64,000 nucleotides of DNA from Ostreococcus lucimarinus (Eukaryota): the NCBI GenBank assembly GCA_000092065.1, contig CP000583.1; one strand, 5' to 3'. Positions 28,124 through 38,947 of the stretch are shown piece after piece. Position 1 is the stretch's first letter; each line of letters starts with the position of its first letter. The position numbers and the translations under genes are program-made. Below the pieces are notes generated by a model. That model saw only the letters and a program-made list of their open reading frames with translations. It was not told the origin of the DNA and ran no database searches.

Positions 28124-30040
28124 ATGGCGCGCGGCGCGAGCGCGACGCGACGAAGAAGCGCGCGATCGAGCGCGAAGGGGACGAAGGCGATGGGTGATTC
28201 GGAGGACGGACGCGGGGGGGGGTGCGAGACGGGCGCGGGAGAGGCGACGGAGACGTTTAACTTTACGCCGATTAACGCGATGCGATCGCTGGAGAACGTG
28301 GAGCTGAGCGCGGAGCGCGAGGGAGGGATGGGGAAGCGCGCGAGGCGGGCGTCGACGCCGGCGGCGAAGAAGGCGAAGGACGGGGAGAATTTTGATACCG
28401 CCGACGTGGAGGCGACGACGACGACGACGACGACGACGGATAGCTTCACGTTTGCGATGCAAGGGGATAGGAGTGAGTCGAAGACGTTTTGGGCGACGCA
28501 GAGCGAACAGAAGCGGTTGGCGCCGTTGGCGCACACGAACGGCCTACCGCCGACGCCGGCGGTTTATAACGCGGTGCCGTGGCCGAGCTCGATCCCCCTT
28601 CGTGAAAAGTCACCACTTCGTGGTGTTCCGGCGATGTACAGTAATGCGTGTGTGACGCCGGACGGGCGCGAGTTTCAGGGACGCGTGCAGGGCGCGACGG
28701 TGTCTGCTCGAATGTCACCGCTCGTCATGGAACCTTTGGCGACGACACCCAAGGAACTTGCAGCGCAGTTGGTCGAAGTCAAGCGTGAGATTGCAAAGCG
28801 ACAAAGCGAAGCGGTCGATGTCACACGCGCTTTGCGTCAACTTCAAAGCGAGGAAGCGGACCTGTACGCCAGAGCCGCGGCGATTCAGCGACAGTTACTC
28901 GAGTGCACGAGCGACGAACAACCGTATGACTTGAATGTTACGGTACCGTCTAAAGGGGTGGCAAAATTGATAACTCTCGAAAACGAGATACATTCGAACG
29001 AAGAGACGCAGAGACGAGTCGTGCGCGAGGAAGGCTCGCCACTGAATGATCAGCAGCCGTCGACGTCTGAAATCGCCGTAAACGCTATGCAACCATTTCA
29101 AAAGCTGGATGTGCGAAAGTCATTGATTTCCCTCGATTTTATCGATGGTCCGGGTGGCTTATCACTTTTGACTGCAAGCGCTGACGACTGTCTCCGCTTG
29201 TGGGCACCCGACAGCCGAAAGCCAGCGGCACTCATGCGCGCACCCAGGGGCATGAGTGCGACGACGGTCATGAACGAGCGCATCGTTTGCGTGGGTACAG
29301 ATATGGGACAAATCGTGCAAATGGATCTCGCTACTGGCCAAATTTTTGGTGCGCTTACGCAAGGCGAACACGCGGCACCGTGGAGCGTGAAGACGCTCAC
29401 CAAGGTTGGCCGAGACGCGGAGCAACTCGTCGCCGCGGCGGGCTCGGGCGGCGACATCAAGGTCTGGGACGCACGCATCGCCATGAATGGCGGGGCTCCG
29501 ATGGTGATGTACTCACATGGTGCATCCGAGATTCGCGGGCTTTCGTTTTCATCAGACGGTCGTACCGTCGTCGCCGCGGCCTCGAACGATTTGCGCGTTT
29601 TTGACTTGCGCATGAACGGGCGTTCTACGCGAATGAACGTCGCGAGTGATTCGCAACCCTCGTGGACGTCTGTCTTGCATGATGCATCAACGAGTGAGAT
29701 CATCACAACATCTAGTGTAGGCGACGTATATGCGTGGTCTACCGCTGCGCCGTATCCGTTGTCGCGAACCGTCGCCAAAGCGTGTGCGCCAAACTCTGGC
29801 GCCGCCATCGCAACCGCGGGCGCCCTGCTCTGCGCTTCTGGCGCCGACGCGAGCGACGTGGACTTCGTTCGGCATTCATCCGGCGAAATTGTCGCTCGCT
29901 GGTCTCCCGAATCCACCGAACGCGCGTGCGTCACGTGTGTCGCCGTCAGCGACGTCGGCGCTCGAGCGCAGCCCTACGCCGCAGGTTCCTTCGCCGCAGG
30001 CACTGCCTCCGGCACCGTCGTCGTCTTTGCCTCGTCGTAA
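28124..30040 (+). CDS. Coiled-coil plus C-terminal WD40 beta-propeller protein (ATG16-like architecture, unassigned)
   Basis: Coiled coil at QLVEVKREIAKRQSEAVDVTRALRQLQSEEADLYARAAAIQRQLLE. WD repeats (DIKVWD, LRVFDL ...) follow. Confidence 0.65.
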   Translation: MARGASATRRRSARSSAKGTKAMGDSEDGRGGGCETGAGEATETFNFTPINAMRSLENVELSAEREGGMGKRARRASTPAAKKAKDGENFDTADVEATTTTTTTTDSFTFAMQGDRSESKTFWATQSEQKRLAPLAHTNGLPPTPAVYNAVPWPSSIPLREKSPLRGVPAMYSNACVTPDGREFQGRVQGATVSARMSPLVMEPLATTPKELAAQLVEVKREIAKRQSEAVDVTRALRQLQSEEADLYARAAAIQRQLLECTSDEQPYDLNVTVPSKGVAKLITLENEIHSNEETQRRVVREEGSPLNDQQPSTSEIAVNAMQPFQKLDVRKSLISLDFIDGPGGLSLLTASADDCLRLWAPDSRKPAALMRAPRGMSATTVMNERIVCVGTDMGQIVQMDLATGQIFGALTQGEHAAPWSVKTLTKVGRDAEQLVAAAGSGGDIKVWDARIAMNGGAPMVMYSHGASEIRGLSFSSDGRTVVAAASNDLRVFDLRMNGRSTRMNVASDSQPSWTSVLHDASTSEIITTSSVGDVYAWSTAAPYPLSRTVAKACAPNSGAAIATAGALLCASGADASDVDFVRHSSGEIVARWSPESTERACVTCVAVSDVGARAQPYAAGSFAAGTASGTVVVFASS

Positions 30041-30799
30041 ACAAGCAACCGAAGAAAGAATGGAAACTCGCCTACGTTTTAATCGATCAATCAATCATTC
30101 AACAAGTCTTCGCACACGCGCTCGTGCCCGCGCGCGAGGTAGAAAATCACAAGCGTCGACCATATTTTTGCGGTCTAGCTCTCGTATGCGCAATCAGTGT
30201 GGCACATGATACTAAAATACTTTTACCACTGGGGCCGGTCGCCGTTTTCGTCGCGGAAAGTCGAACCGTTTACGCACACGCGCGCGCCGGTATGCGTCTT
30301 AGCCACGTCAACGACCGGAAGTCGACCGGAACGCGCGATGACGACGGAAACGACGACGATCCCTCCAATAAAGGGGGGTCGAAACGCCGCGCGTTGTCGA
30401 TGGAAACCGCCATCAATACGGCAGTCACGGCGACGGCGGCGGCGACGAAAGACGCGCGAGTTAAAGGCGAAGAGGTCTTAACGGAGTCCACACCCCTCGA
30501 GGTGGATCGTGCGATGAGCGAGCGAAGCGGTGCAAAGGAACATCTCGTTCACGCCGTGAAAAATCCAAAGCGGCGTCGGCGCGGTCGCCGCACGCCACCG
30601 TTGAGCGAGCGTCCGAAGACGTTGAGCGGGGCAATTCGTGAGATCCGCGCCACATTGGTCGATCCAACGATAGCAAAGCTCGAATTCTATCGGGAAAAGA
30701 TATCCGGCGCCGCGGGCCAGGAGGAAGGTGGAGACACGACCGAGCCGTGAGCGTCGCCGCGACCGACGGCGACCCCCTCGCCCGGACGCCGGGCGCTCG

Positions 30800-30840
30800 A
30801 GCGCCAAGACACATCAACACACATCAACACACATCAACAC
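30800..30840. repeat. (ACACATCA)n tandem repeat, about 4 units
   Basis: Direct reading: acacatcaacacacatcaacacacatcaacac. Confidence 0.8.
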
Positions 30841-30970
30841 GAGTAAACACGATTAATATCCTGTGTTTTACTATCTTAGCATCGTAGACAACGTCGGTAG
30901 CTGACGTACGTATTAATATAGACGGTAAAACACTACTACTGTACTGTGGGTGAACCACCCCGCCCCAGCG

Positions 30971-31004
30971 GTCGGTCGGTCGGTCGATCGATCGATCGTC
31001 GTCG
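30971..31004. repeat. (GGTC)n/(GATC)n microsatellite about 40 bp upstream of the CCT5 start codon
   Basis: gtcggtcggtcggtcgatcgatcgatcgtcgtcg. Confidence 0.8.
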
Positions 31005-31044
31005 ACGACGCCGCACAATCAGCCCGGCGGCCCGCGACGGAACC

Positions 31045-31092
31045 ATGTCGCTGGCGTTCGATGAGTTCGGGCGACCGTTCATCATCATCAAG
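31045..31092 (+). CDS. CCT5: CCT5 exon 1 (MSLAFDEFGRPFIIIK), followed by a GTGCGAGG donor
   Basis: Matches the N-terminus of TCP-1 epsilon (human ...LAFDEYGRPFLIIK). Coordinates +/-2. Confidence 0.65.
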
Positions 31093-31247
31093 GTGCGAGG
31101 GCGACGAACGAGCCGTCGCGGTATCCGCGCGCGCGGCGGACGAACGAACGGACGCGCGCGCGCGACGTGCGCGCGCGATGGTGAAGGACTCGCGCGATGC
31201 GATCGGGACACTGACGCTGGAACGCGTTTGTCGTTTACGCGATGCAG

Positions 31248-31352
31248 GAACAAGGAGCGAAAACGCGCGTGCGCGGGATCGATGCTCAGAAAGCGAACAT
31301 CGCGGCGGCGAAGAGCGTCGCTCGAACGCTTCGGTCTTCGCTCGGGCCAAAG
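31248..31352 (+). CDS. CCT5: CCT5 exon 2 ([35 protein letters not shown]), with a CAG acceptor and a GTGAGA donor
   Basis: Aligns with human CCT5 [32 protein letters not shown]. Coordinates +/-2. Confidence 0.6.
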
Positions 31353-31469
31353 GTGAGATGAAGACGCGGCGACGCGCGCGACGTTTGACTTTTTCGTAAA
31401 GCGAAGCGAGACGCGATTCATTCGCGCGGCGACTGACGAGAGGCGACGCGATGTCGCGAAATATCGTAG

Positions 31470-31515
31470 GGTATGGATAAGATTTTACAGTCTGGCGACG
31501 GCGACATCACGATAA
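31470..31515 (+). CDS. CCT5: CCT5 exon 3 (GMDKILQSGDGDITIT, split codon), with a TAG acceptor and a GTGCGT donor
   Basis: Aligns with GLDKMMVDKDGDVTVT. Coordinates +/-2. Confidence 0.6.
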
Positions 31516-31602
31516 GTGCGTGTGCGATTTCGAAACTCGAGGCGAAGCGCTCGCGAGGTTTGACTTTCGAACGCGATGACTGACGGTCATTTTATCTCGC
31601 AG

Positions 31603-33014
31603 CAAATGATGGAGCGACTATTTTGGATCAAATGGAAGTCGAACATGAGATCGGTAAGCTCATGGTTGAGCTGTCCAAGTCGCAGGACTACGAGATCGGT
31701 GATGGGACGACCGGCGTGGTGGTTTTAGCGGGCGCGCTGTTGGAGCAAGCCGAGTCACTTCTTGACCGCGGTATCCATCCCCTTCGAATCGCGGAAGGCT
31801 ACGAGATGGCGTCCAAGGTGGCGACAAAGGAGCTGGCAAGAATCAGCGAAAAGTTCGAATTCGATGCGGAGAATATCGAACCGTTAATTCAAACGTGTAT
31901 GACGACGCTGAGTAGTAAGATTGTGAACCGGTGCAAGCGCGAAATGGCAGAGATTTGCGTGAAGGCTGTGATGGCGGTGGCCGACTTAGAACGTAAGGAT
32001 GTGAACTTAGACTTGATTAAGGTTGAAGGCAAGGTGGGCGGCAAGCTAGAAGATACCATGTTGGTGAACGGTATCGTGTTGGACAAGGACATCAGCCACC
32101 CGCAGATGGCGAAGGAGATTAAGGACGCAAAGATCGCCATCTTGACTTGCCCTTTTGAGCCGCCAAAGCCGAAGACGAAGCACAAGATTGAAATCGACAC
32201 GGCGGAAAAGTACGAGGAGCTCCGTCAGCAAGAAGAAAAGTACTTTAACGACATGGTGAAGCAATGCAAGGACTGTGGCGCGACGCTCGTCATTTGCCAG
32301 TGGGGTTTTGATGACGAGGCAAATTCGATGCTCATGCAGCAAAAGCTTCCCGCCATTCGCTGGGTCGGTGGTGTCGAGCTTGAGCTTTTGGCTATCGCCA
32401 CTGGCGGTCGTATCGTACCGCGATTCACGGAGTTAACGCCAGAGAAACTCGGTTCAGCGGGCATGGTGAAGGAGGTTTCGTTTGGAACGACTAAGGAACG
32501 CATGGTAATCATTGAAGACTGCGCCGCGAGCAAAGCGGTCACAGTCTTCGTGCGCGGCGGCAACAAAATGATGGTTGATGAAACGAAGCGTTCTCTGCAT
32601 GACGCGATCTGTGTTGCTCGCAACTTGGTTCGATCGAACAACATTGTGTACGGCGGCGGTTCTGCTGAAGTTGCGTGCGCAATCGCCGTCGAGGAGGAAG
32701 CCGACAAGATTCCAAGCGTCGAGCAATACGCCATGCGCGCCTTCGCGGACGCTCTTGACGCTGTTCCGAACGCTTTGGCCGAAAACAGCGGCCTTCCTCC
32801 GATCGAGAGCGTGGCCACGATCAAGGCGCAGCAATTGAAGGACAAGAATCCGTTCCTCGGCGTCGACTGCAAAGAAATTGGCACCAACGACATGAAGTCT
32901 CAGGGCGTGTTCGAGACTCTCATCGGCAAGCAGCAACAAATTTTGCTCGCCACGCAAGTCGTCAAGCTCATTCTCAAGATTGACGACGTAATCTTAGCGG
33001 GAGAAGGGCAGTAG
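31603..33014 (+). CDS. CCT5: CCT5 exon 4 ([28 protein letters not shown] ... to the stop); T-complex protein 1 subunit epsilon
   Basis: A TCTCGCAG acceptor precedes the exon. High identity to CCT5 throughout; the four exons together encode about 536 aa. Confidence 0.85.
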
Positions 33015-33039
33015 TCGCCTTCTCTTCATTCAACACTTT

Positions 33040-33807
33040 ATGAATAGACAGCCAACCGACGCGCGTCACTCCCCGCACTCCCACTCCCTTCACGATCGAA
33101 GTCCTCCACCTCGCGCGCGCGCGCGGACGAGGATGCTCATCATCGACATCATCGACCACGTCGCCGCGCGGCGTCTCTTCCCCGAGCTCCGCGCCGCGCA
33201 CGTCGAATGTTTTCCGAACGATGTCCCGAACGACGAGTGCGTCCCGAACGATGGCGAGACCGAGGACGCCTTCTTCGATCGCGTCACCTGGCTCCACGAA
33301 GAGCGCGAAACAACGTGGTTCGTCCTGCGCGAGCTCGATGCGCGCGGACGTCGCGGTGCGATCGTCGGTTTTGCGTGTGGGTGCGCGTACGCGGATAGCT
33401 GGTACGGCGCGCACCTGGGCGTCGTCCCGAGACGGCGAGGCGAAGGGCTTGGATCGTATCTCATGTACGTTTCGCAGGCGCACGCGGGGAAATTAGGTAT
33501 CACTCGGTTGCAGGCGAGCGTGGAGGTGGATGGGAAGATCGGGCGAGGACGGTTGCTGAAGTATTACGAAAGGCACGGTGCTCGCGCGGTGGAGACGGGC
33601 TTTGGGAGCACAGGGTCGGTGGCGGCGAGCGTGATTCGGATAGAGAGAGCGTTTACGTTAGAGGTGGCGTTGAGGGAACTAGAAGATTCAGAGCGACGAG
33701 TGCGTGGATCAGCGCACTCGAGGAGTCGAAGCAATCGGTGGTTTGTCGCGGCGGCGATGACGGTTGTTTGCGTCGTCCTTCAAAAGCTGAGGTCTAGAAG
33801 GAAATAG
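33040..33807 (+). CDS. GNAT-family N-acetyltransferase
   Basis: Acetyl-CoA-binding motif region VVPRRRGEGLGSYLM. The ATG at 33040 lies only 25 bp after the CCT5 stop; the alternative start ATG 33133 (MLIIDIID) is more likely. Confidence 0.6.
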   Translation: MNRQPTDARHSPHSHSLHDRSPPPRARARTRMLIIDIIDHVAARRLFPELRAAHVECFPNDVPNDECVPNDGETEDAFFDRVTWLHEERETTWFVLRELDARGRRGAIVGFACGCAYADSWYGAHLGVVPRRRGEGLGSYLMYVSQAHAGKLGITRLQASVEVDGKIGRGRLLKYYERHGARAVETGFGSTGSVAASVIRIERAFTLEVALRELEDSERRVRGSAHSRSRSNRWFVAAAMTVVCVVLQKLRSRRK

Positions 33808-33876
33808 AGTAGCATTAGTTGGTCTTCGTTGTATTTTACAAGGTACAAATGTAGGAAATAACTAATGTCAGCTAAT

Positions 33877-35472
33877 TCAGAGCTCTGTGACTTTCCAATT
33901 CGTTGGGATCGCGGGCTCGGCGTCGTCATTCTCTCTCCGCGCCGCGACGTCCTCGATGGGCATCTGTTCTCGCCTCACCACTCTCGGTCTTCCAGTTTCT
34001 CTATTCAGTTCGACGCCGAGACTTCTAGAGAGAAGCTCTTCACTTTCTTCTACGGCTTGAGGTTGAAGCTCGGCGATTTTACTGCGCGCCAGCTCACTAC
34101 TTTGCGTTAAGTTTCGCACTGCCCAAAGCGCCCACTCTCGGAGGTACGCCTCGCCTTCTTCGCCTCTCGTATGATTTAACACTATGGGTAATCCTCCCAA
34201 ATTCGCGACATCGTCACAGACACGCGCGCGATTGAACGCTGCGTTTCCAATAATCGCGATCAGGTCGACTCTGTAACCAGACCACGGGACTCGAGACGGA
34301 TACGTGACGTCGCTCTTCAACTCTTCCGGCACGCTTTGCTTGAGCTTCGGAGCGGCGGCGGGTCCCGTTGCCTTACTCGTCTGTCCTATACCTTCTGGTG
34401 CAGGTAACGCCGCGAGAAGCGATAGGGTAAGCCTGACGAGACCCATTGCCGCTAAACACGCGACGGTGTCGCCAGCATGAGGCTTCACCTCGCGCTCACT
34501 CATCGCGCGCAAAATACTCACGCACTCCATGAGTATCGACAGCGCAACTTTTCGCTCATCATCATCTACCGCGGCTTCGAACCGTGCGGCGACGACAGAG
34601 GTGGTATCTAATAGAAACGCTAAAACGCCTTCTGGCATTAAAAGTGGTGGTTGCTCGCCCTCGCGTATCTCGGAGTGAGGAATGTCGACGTACGACGTCG
34701 CATCTTTGTCGTTCAACAATGCAGCAATGAAATGCAGCAAAGTCGCCTGTTCGGACGTAAACACCATCTGAGGTAGATTCGTTTTGTGCGTACTTTCCAT
34801 GACCTCATTCACCCGAGAATCATCTTCGGCGAGCTCGACAAGACGCGCGCGAAGCATGGCCTCATTGAGAGCAGAAATTTCAGCACCGTTCGGCGATAAC
34901 GCGCGGAAAAGTTTTGGTAAACCGCCTCCTTTGCAACATATCGTACGAATCAGCGTCATCAAATGCGTACCACCGCCGACATTCTCGGGTTCTTCAACTT
35001 CTGTTGACGCACGCAATAGCGAGAGCCAAAAACTCTGCGCCATATCCACGACTTTCTCCGCGCGAGCGCCGTCGTGCTTCACGCACGCGTCCACGAATAC
35101 GCACGCCAATCCGTGCGTCTTCGCCCCTCCAATCCCGCGCAGTGAAGTCACGGCTTTGAGTGCATCTTCCATCGCCTCGCACTCCCACGCCTCGGTCAAA
35201 CACTCGCCATCGTCCATCCCCGCGTTGACGACGGTTTGCAACGCGAACATCGCGCACTTCGCCCGCGCCTCCTCCTCCCTCCCACCGCGTGCCTCCATCG
35301 TCCCCATCTCGCGCACGATCTCCATCAACATTCTACATCCCTCGTTTTCCCTCAACCGAGTCGTCTCCGCCGCGTTCCCCGCGCACGCGTTCCGTCCCTC
35401 TCTCGCTTCCTTCGACGCGCCCTCCGCGTCTCGTCCCCGCGCGCGCCTCGCGCACTCAACAACGCTCTCCAT
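33877..35472 (-). CDS. Ataxin-10-like armadillo-repeat protein
   Basis: C-terminal LREWALWAVRNLTQSSELARSKIAEL matches the conserved Ataxin-10 domain motif. ATG at 35472. Confidence 0.6.
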   Translation of the reverse strand: MESVVECARRARGRDAEGASKEAREGRNACAGNAAETTRLRENEGCRMLMEIVREMGTMEARGGREEEARAKCAMFALQTVVNAGMDDGECLTEAWECEAMEDALKAVTSLRGIGGAKTHGLACVFVDACVKHDGARAEKVVDMAQSFWLSLLRASTEVEEPENVGGGTHLMTLIRTICCKGGGLPKLFRALSPNGAEISALNEAMLRARLVELAEDDSRVNEVMESTHKTNLPQMVFTSEQATLLHFIAALLNDKDATSYVDIPHSEIREGEQPPLLMPEGVLAFLLDTTSVVAARFEAAVDDDERKVALSILMECVSILRAMSEREVKPHAGDTVACLAAMGLVRLTLSLLAALPAPEGIGQTSKATGPAAAPKLKQSVPEELKSDVTYPSRVPWSGYRVDLIAIIGNAAFNRARVCDDVANLGGLPIVLNHTRGEEGEAYLREWALWAVRNLTQSSELARSKIAELQPQAVEESEELLSRSLGVELNRETGRPRVVRREQMPIEDVAARRENDDAEPAIPTNWKVTEL

Positions 35473-36007
35473 CTCCCCTCGCCTTCCCTCGGCTCGGTCC
35501 TTGACAGCACAGCAGCAACGTCCACCCTCGCGCCAGGGCGAAGACGCCCGCTTCGCAGTGATTCCTTTCGCGCGCCGCTTTCGTCCCCGCGTGTCGCGGT
35601 TTCACCGGCGCGAATTCCGCGTCGTCCGCCGCGCTCGCGAACGCGCTCGCCGACGCGCTCTCGCTCAGCGCGCTCGCGGACTCGCTCGCGCTCAGCGCCG
35701 GTCCCGTCGTCCCGTCCCGCGCGCTCGATCGAGCGTCGCGCGCGTCGCGCATCGACGACGCGGCGCCGAGTGCCGCCGAGCGACCGCAATCCGCGACGCG
35801 CGGTCGATCGACGCGTCGAGCGCGACGCGCGATGAGCGGGACGATGCGCGTGGCGAACTGCCCGAGTCAGGTGCGCGCGCGCGCGGCGCGCGAGGGCGAG
35901 ACGAGCGCGAGCGAGCGCGATTCGAGATTGCGAATCGAATCGCGCGTCGAATCGTGAAACGATGAAACGACGAAGACTGACGGAGACGCGACGCGCGCGG
36001 GACGCAG

Positions 36008-38194
36008 GAACTGGCGCTGACGAACTGCGCGTTCGTGAACGATGCCGACGTCGAGGCGTGCGCGCCGTACGTGGAGATTGGCGATTGCGTGTTTTTGACG
36101 CGCGCGAGCGCGGAGGTGGCGCCGGGGGCGGTGGGACTCAACGGCGTGCAGCGAAAACAGCTGCGAGTGAGCACCGGAGACGCGGTGAAGTGGCGAAAGT
36201 ACGAACCGCCGAGCCGAGAGTTCGATTGCGCGGGAATGACGATCGAGTTGGAGTTCACGCGACCGGCGTTAGCGGCGAGTTTGATCGCGAAGAACGCGCA
36301 CGAGGGCGTGGACGCGAATTCGATGACGACGATTTTGCGTAGGACATTTAGCTCGCAGGTGTTCACCGTGGGACAAAAGGCGGCGGTTGAGTACTGTGGG
36401 AATAATTATTTGCTTAGTGTGAATCACGTCGTCGTGGAGGGGGCGAGGGAAGGCGTGACATCGCTGCGAGGGATGTTTACGCCGTCGACGGCCGTCGTGT
36501 ACGAGGCGTCGTCCAATAGCGGTATAAAAATTTTAGGTCAAAAAGCGGCGGTGATGAACACAGGGTTGTTCAAGAGTAAAGATTTTAGTTTTTCCAAGCT
36601 CGGAATCGGGGGTCTGGATCAACAATTCGAGGACATCTTTCGACGAGCGTTTTCGTCGAGAATTTTCCCGCAGAGCGTAGTGCAACGCCTCGGGATCCAA
36701 CACGTCAAAGGTATGCTCCTTCACGGTCCCCCGGGTACGGGCAAAACTCTGATCGCGAGGCAAATCGGGAAAATGTTGAACGGCAAAGAGCCGAAAATCG
36801 TGAACGGGCCGGAGGTAATGTCCAAGTACGTCGGACAATCGGAAGAAAACGTTCGTAAGTTGTTTGAAGACGCCGAAGCCGAGTACAAAGCGCGCGGAGA
36901 CGATAGTGATTTGCACATCATAATCTTCGACGAGATCGATGCGGTGTGTAAATCTCGTGGAAGTGTTTCGAGTGGCACAGGCGTGCACGACTCCATAGTC
37001 AACCAGTTGCTTACGAAGATTGACGGCGTCGACGCGTTGAACAACATCTTGCTCATCGGTATGACGAATAGAAAGGATATGTTGGACGAGGCAATCTTGC
37101 GCCCCGGTCGCTTAGAGGTGCACATCGAAATCGGTTTGCCCGATGAGAACGGACGGATACAGATCTTGAACATTCACTCGAATAAGATGAGTGAAAATGA
37201 GTTTCTCGGCGGCGACGTCGACTTGGCGGAATTGGCCAAGCGCACGGGCAACTTTAGCGGAGCTGAGATTGAAGGCTTGGTGAAATCCGCGGTGTCGTTC
37301 GCGCTGACGAGGCAAGTGGATATGAATGATATCGGTGCACCGATTGACGAAGATAATATCAAAGTCACGATGGCAGATTTCGAGCTCGCGCTGCTCGAGG
37401 TCAAACCAGCGTTTGGGGCGTCGACGGATCTATTCGAACGGTGCATGTTGAATGGAATGATTTCGTACGGAGAAAAGTACGAAAAGCTCGTCTCGACCAT
37501 GGAGTCACTCATCGAGCAAGTCAGGGTGTCGGAGAAGACTCCCATGCTGACGTGCTTGCTCGAAGGTGGCGCCGGGAGTGGAAAAACGGCGCTCGCAGCC
37601 GCGCTCGCGATCAAGTCGCAGTTCCCGTTCACCAAGCTCTTGACCTCAGACGGTTTCGTCGGTGCCTCCGAAGCGGCGAAGTGTCAAGCTCTCGCAAAAT
37701 TGTTCGATGATGCCTACAAGTCGCCGGTCTCGTTGATCGTATTGGACGATATCGAGCGCTTGCTCGAGTACGTCGCCATCGGCCCGCGCTTTAGCAACGT
37801 CGTCTTGCAGGCGCTCTTGGTGTTGCTCAAACGTCAACCCCCACCCGGACGAAAGCTGTTGGTGATCGGTACGACGTCGTTACCACTCGTTTTCGAGGAC
37901 ATGGGTCTCAACGCCGCCTTCAACGTCTCCTTACACGTTCCCGAGTTGAGCCCTAGCGAAACCTCCGCCGTGCTCGCCGAGCTCGGCGCCTTTGACGCCG
38001 TCGATCTTCCGCGGGCGTGTCAAGCGCTCCAAGCCCTCACGGGCGACCGCGTGCCGATTAAGCGATTATTCATGCTTCTCGAGATGGCGCGTCACGGCAA
38101 AGACGATCTCGGCGATTCCATGGACGTCGGCGACGGCCGTCGCGTCGTCGCCCTCGACCGCTGGGTCGCCTGTCTTCGCGATCTCGCGCAGTGA
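36008..38194 (+). CDS. NSF: N-ethylmaleimide-sensitive factor (AAA+ ATPase; N domain plus D1 and D2). The 5' end is unresolved, with no in-frame ATG upstream of the first conserved residues
   Basis: ELALTNCAFVND... (compare human ELSLTNCAVVNE). Walker A GPPGTGKT in D1 and GAGSGKT in D2. A CAG acceptor at about 36005-36007 suggests an upstream mini-exon carrying the ATG. Confidence 0.85.
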   Translation, partial: ELALTNCAFVNDADVEACAPYVEIGDCVFLTRASAEVAPGAVGLNGVQRKQLRVSTGDAVKWRKYEPPSREFDCAGMTIELEFTRPALAASLIAKNAHEGVDANSMTTILRRTFSSQVFTVGQKAAVEYCGNNYLLSVNHVVVEGAREGVTSLRGMFTPSTAVVYEASSNSGIKILGQKAAVMNTGLFKSKDFSFSKLGIGGLDQQFEDIFRRAFSSRIFPQSVVQRLGIQHVKGMLLHGPPGTGKTLIARQIGKMLNGKEPKIVNGPEVMSKYVGQSEENVRKLFEDAEAEYKARGDDSDLHIIIFDEIDAVCKSRGSVSSGTGVHDSIVNQLLTKIDGVDALNNILLIGMTNRKDMLDEAILRPGRLEVHIEIGLPDENGRIQILNIHSNKMSENEFLGGDVDLAELAKRTGNFSGAEIEGLVKSAVSFALTRQVDMNDIGAPIDEDNIKVTMADFELALLEVKPAFGASTDLFERCMLNGMISYGEKYEKLVSTMESLIEQVRVSEKTPMLTCLLEGGAGSGKTALAAALAIKSQFPFTKLLTSDGFVGASEAAKCQALAKLFDDAYKSPVSLIVLDDIERLLEYVAIGPRFSNVVLQALLVLLKRQPPPGRKLLVIGTTSLPLVFEDMGLNAAFNVSLHVPELSPSETSAVLAELGAFDAVDLPRACQALQALTGDRVPIKRLFMLLEMARHGKDDLGDSMDVGDGRRVVALDRWVACLRDLAQ

Positions 38195-38366
38195 GCGCGT
38201 CGCGCTCGCGCGCGCCGCGCGTCGCGCGCGTCGTCGCCGCGTCGCGCGCGTCTTAGATCTACTACTTCGTATATATCACAATCAAATCTCGCTCTTCGTC
38301 ACCGCGCGCGTCGCCTCTCGCCTCGCCGCTCGATCACCCATCAATCGCCCCGTCCTCCGCGCTCGC

Positions 38367-38501
38367 TCACTTCTTCGCCGACGACCGCCCGAACAGCCCG
38401 GTGAATCCGTTGACGACGATCCCGTACGTCAATCCCGCGGTCACCGCGCCGACGCGCAGGAACGCGGCGAGCGAGCTCGTCCCCGAGTACGGCCCACCCA
38501 T
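38367..38501 (-). CDS. Possible 44-aa single-pass membrane micro-protein (MGGPYSGTSSLAAFLRVGAVTAGLTYGIVVNGFTGLFGRSSAKK)
   Basis: First ATG in its frame. Gly-rich GxxxG-type hydrophobic helix. Sits in the 3' region after NSF. It could be a chance ORF. Confidence 0.2.
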   Translation of the reverse strand: MGGPYSGTSSLAAFLRVGAVTAGLTYGIVVNGFTGLFGRSSAKK

Positions 38502-38582
38502 CGCGCGCGTCGCAGTGCCGGCACCCAGGCAGGCAGTCGACCGGCGACCAGTGGCCGAATGCTGAACACTTAATACTTTTAA

Positions 38583-38692
38583 TTCTCGTCGAGTTTTCTG
38601 CGCATTTACCGTGATTTAGAGCTATGCGTTCAAAACTCGCGAATGCGTTTTGTCCAGCCTGCGCAACGCCGATTTCTTAAACCCTTTTCATA
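38583..38692. repeat. Left copy of a dispersed repeat pair: segment A (38583..38665, about 83 bp) followed by segment B (38672..38692, atttcttaaacccttttcata)
   Basis: Segment A has 80/83 identity with 39752..39834; segment B is identical to 39715..39735. The order here is A-B, but B-A in the right copy. Confidence 0.85.
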
Positions 38693-38742
38693 AGGAATTT
38701 ACCGTACTGTAATTTACCCCCGGGATCTCGCGGGATGATAGG

Positions 38743-38749
38743 TATAAAT
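38743..38749 (+). promoter_or_regulatory. TATAAAT box about 200 bp upstream of the ATG at 38948
   Basis: ggTATAAATcaattaatata, in the only AT-rich stretch of the window. Confidence 0.3.
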
Positions 38750-38947
38750 CAATTAATATATGTGGTCATACGGCCAAATAGTGAGGCTCCATATGTCCGA
38801 CCGACCATGTCGACACCCGCGACACCCGTGTCAACACCCGCGAGTATGGGTCCATGTTTGATTTGATTCTCGCGCGGGGTTGGCAGGCAATTCACTCACT
38901 CCTCCACGCGTCCGCGTCAGCAATTCACTCCTCGACGCGTCGCGGCG

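Noticed and set aside
29734-30750. 338-aa plus-strand ORF running from inside the WD40 gene into the downstream spacer.
   Set aside because: Its first half is out-of-frame with the WD40 protein. The remainder (30200..30750) is basic low-complexity sequence with no support. It is left unannotated, though a small basic-protein gene in 30270..30750 cannot be excluded.
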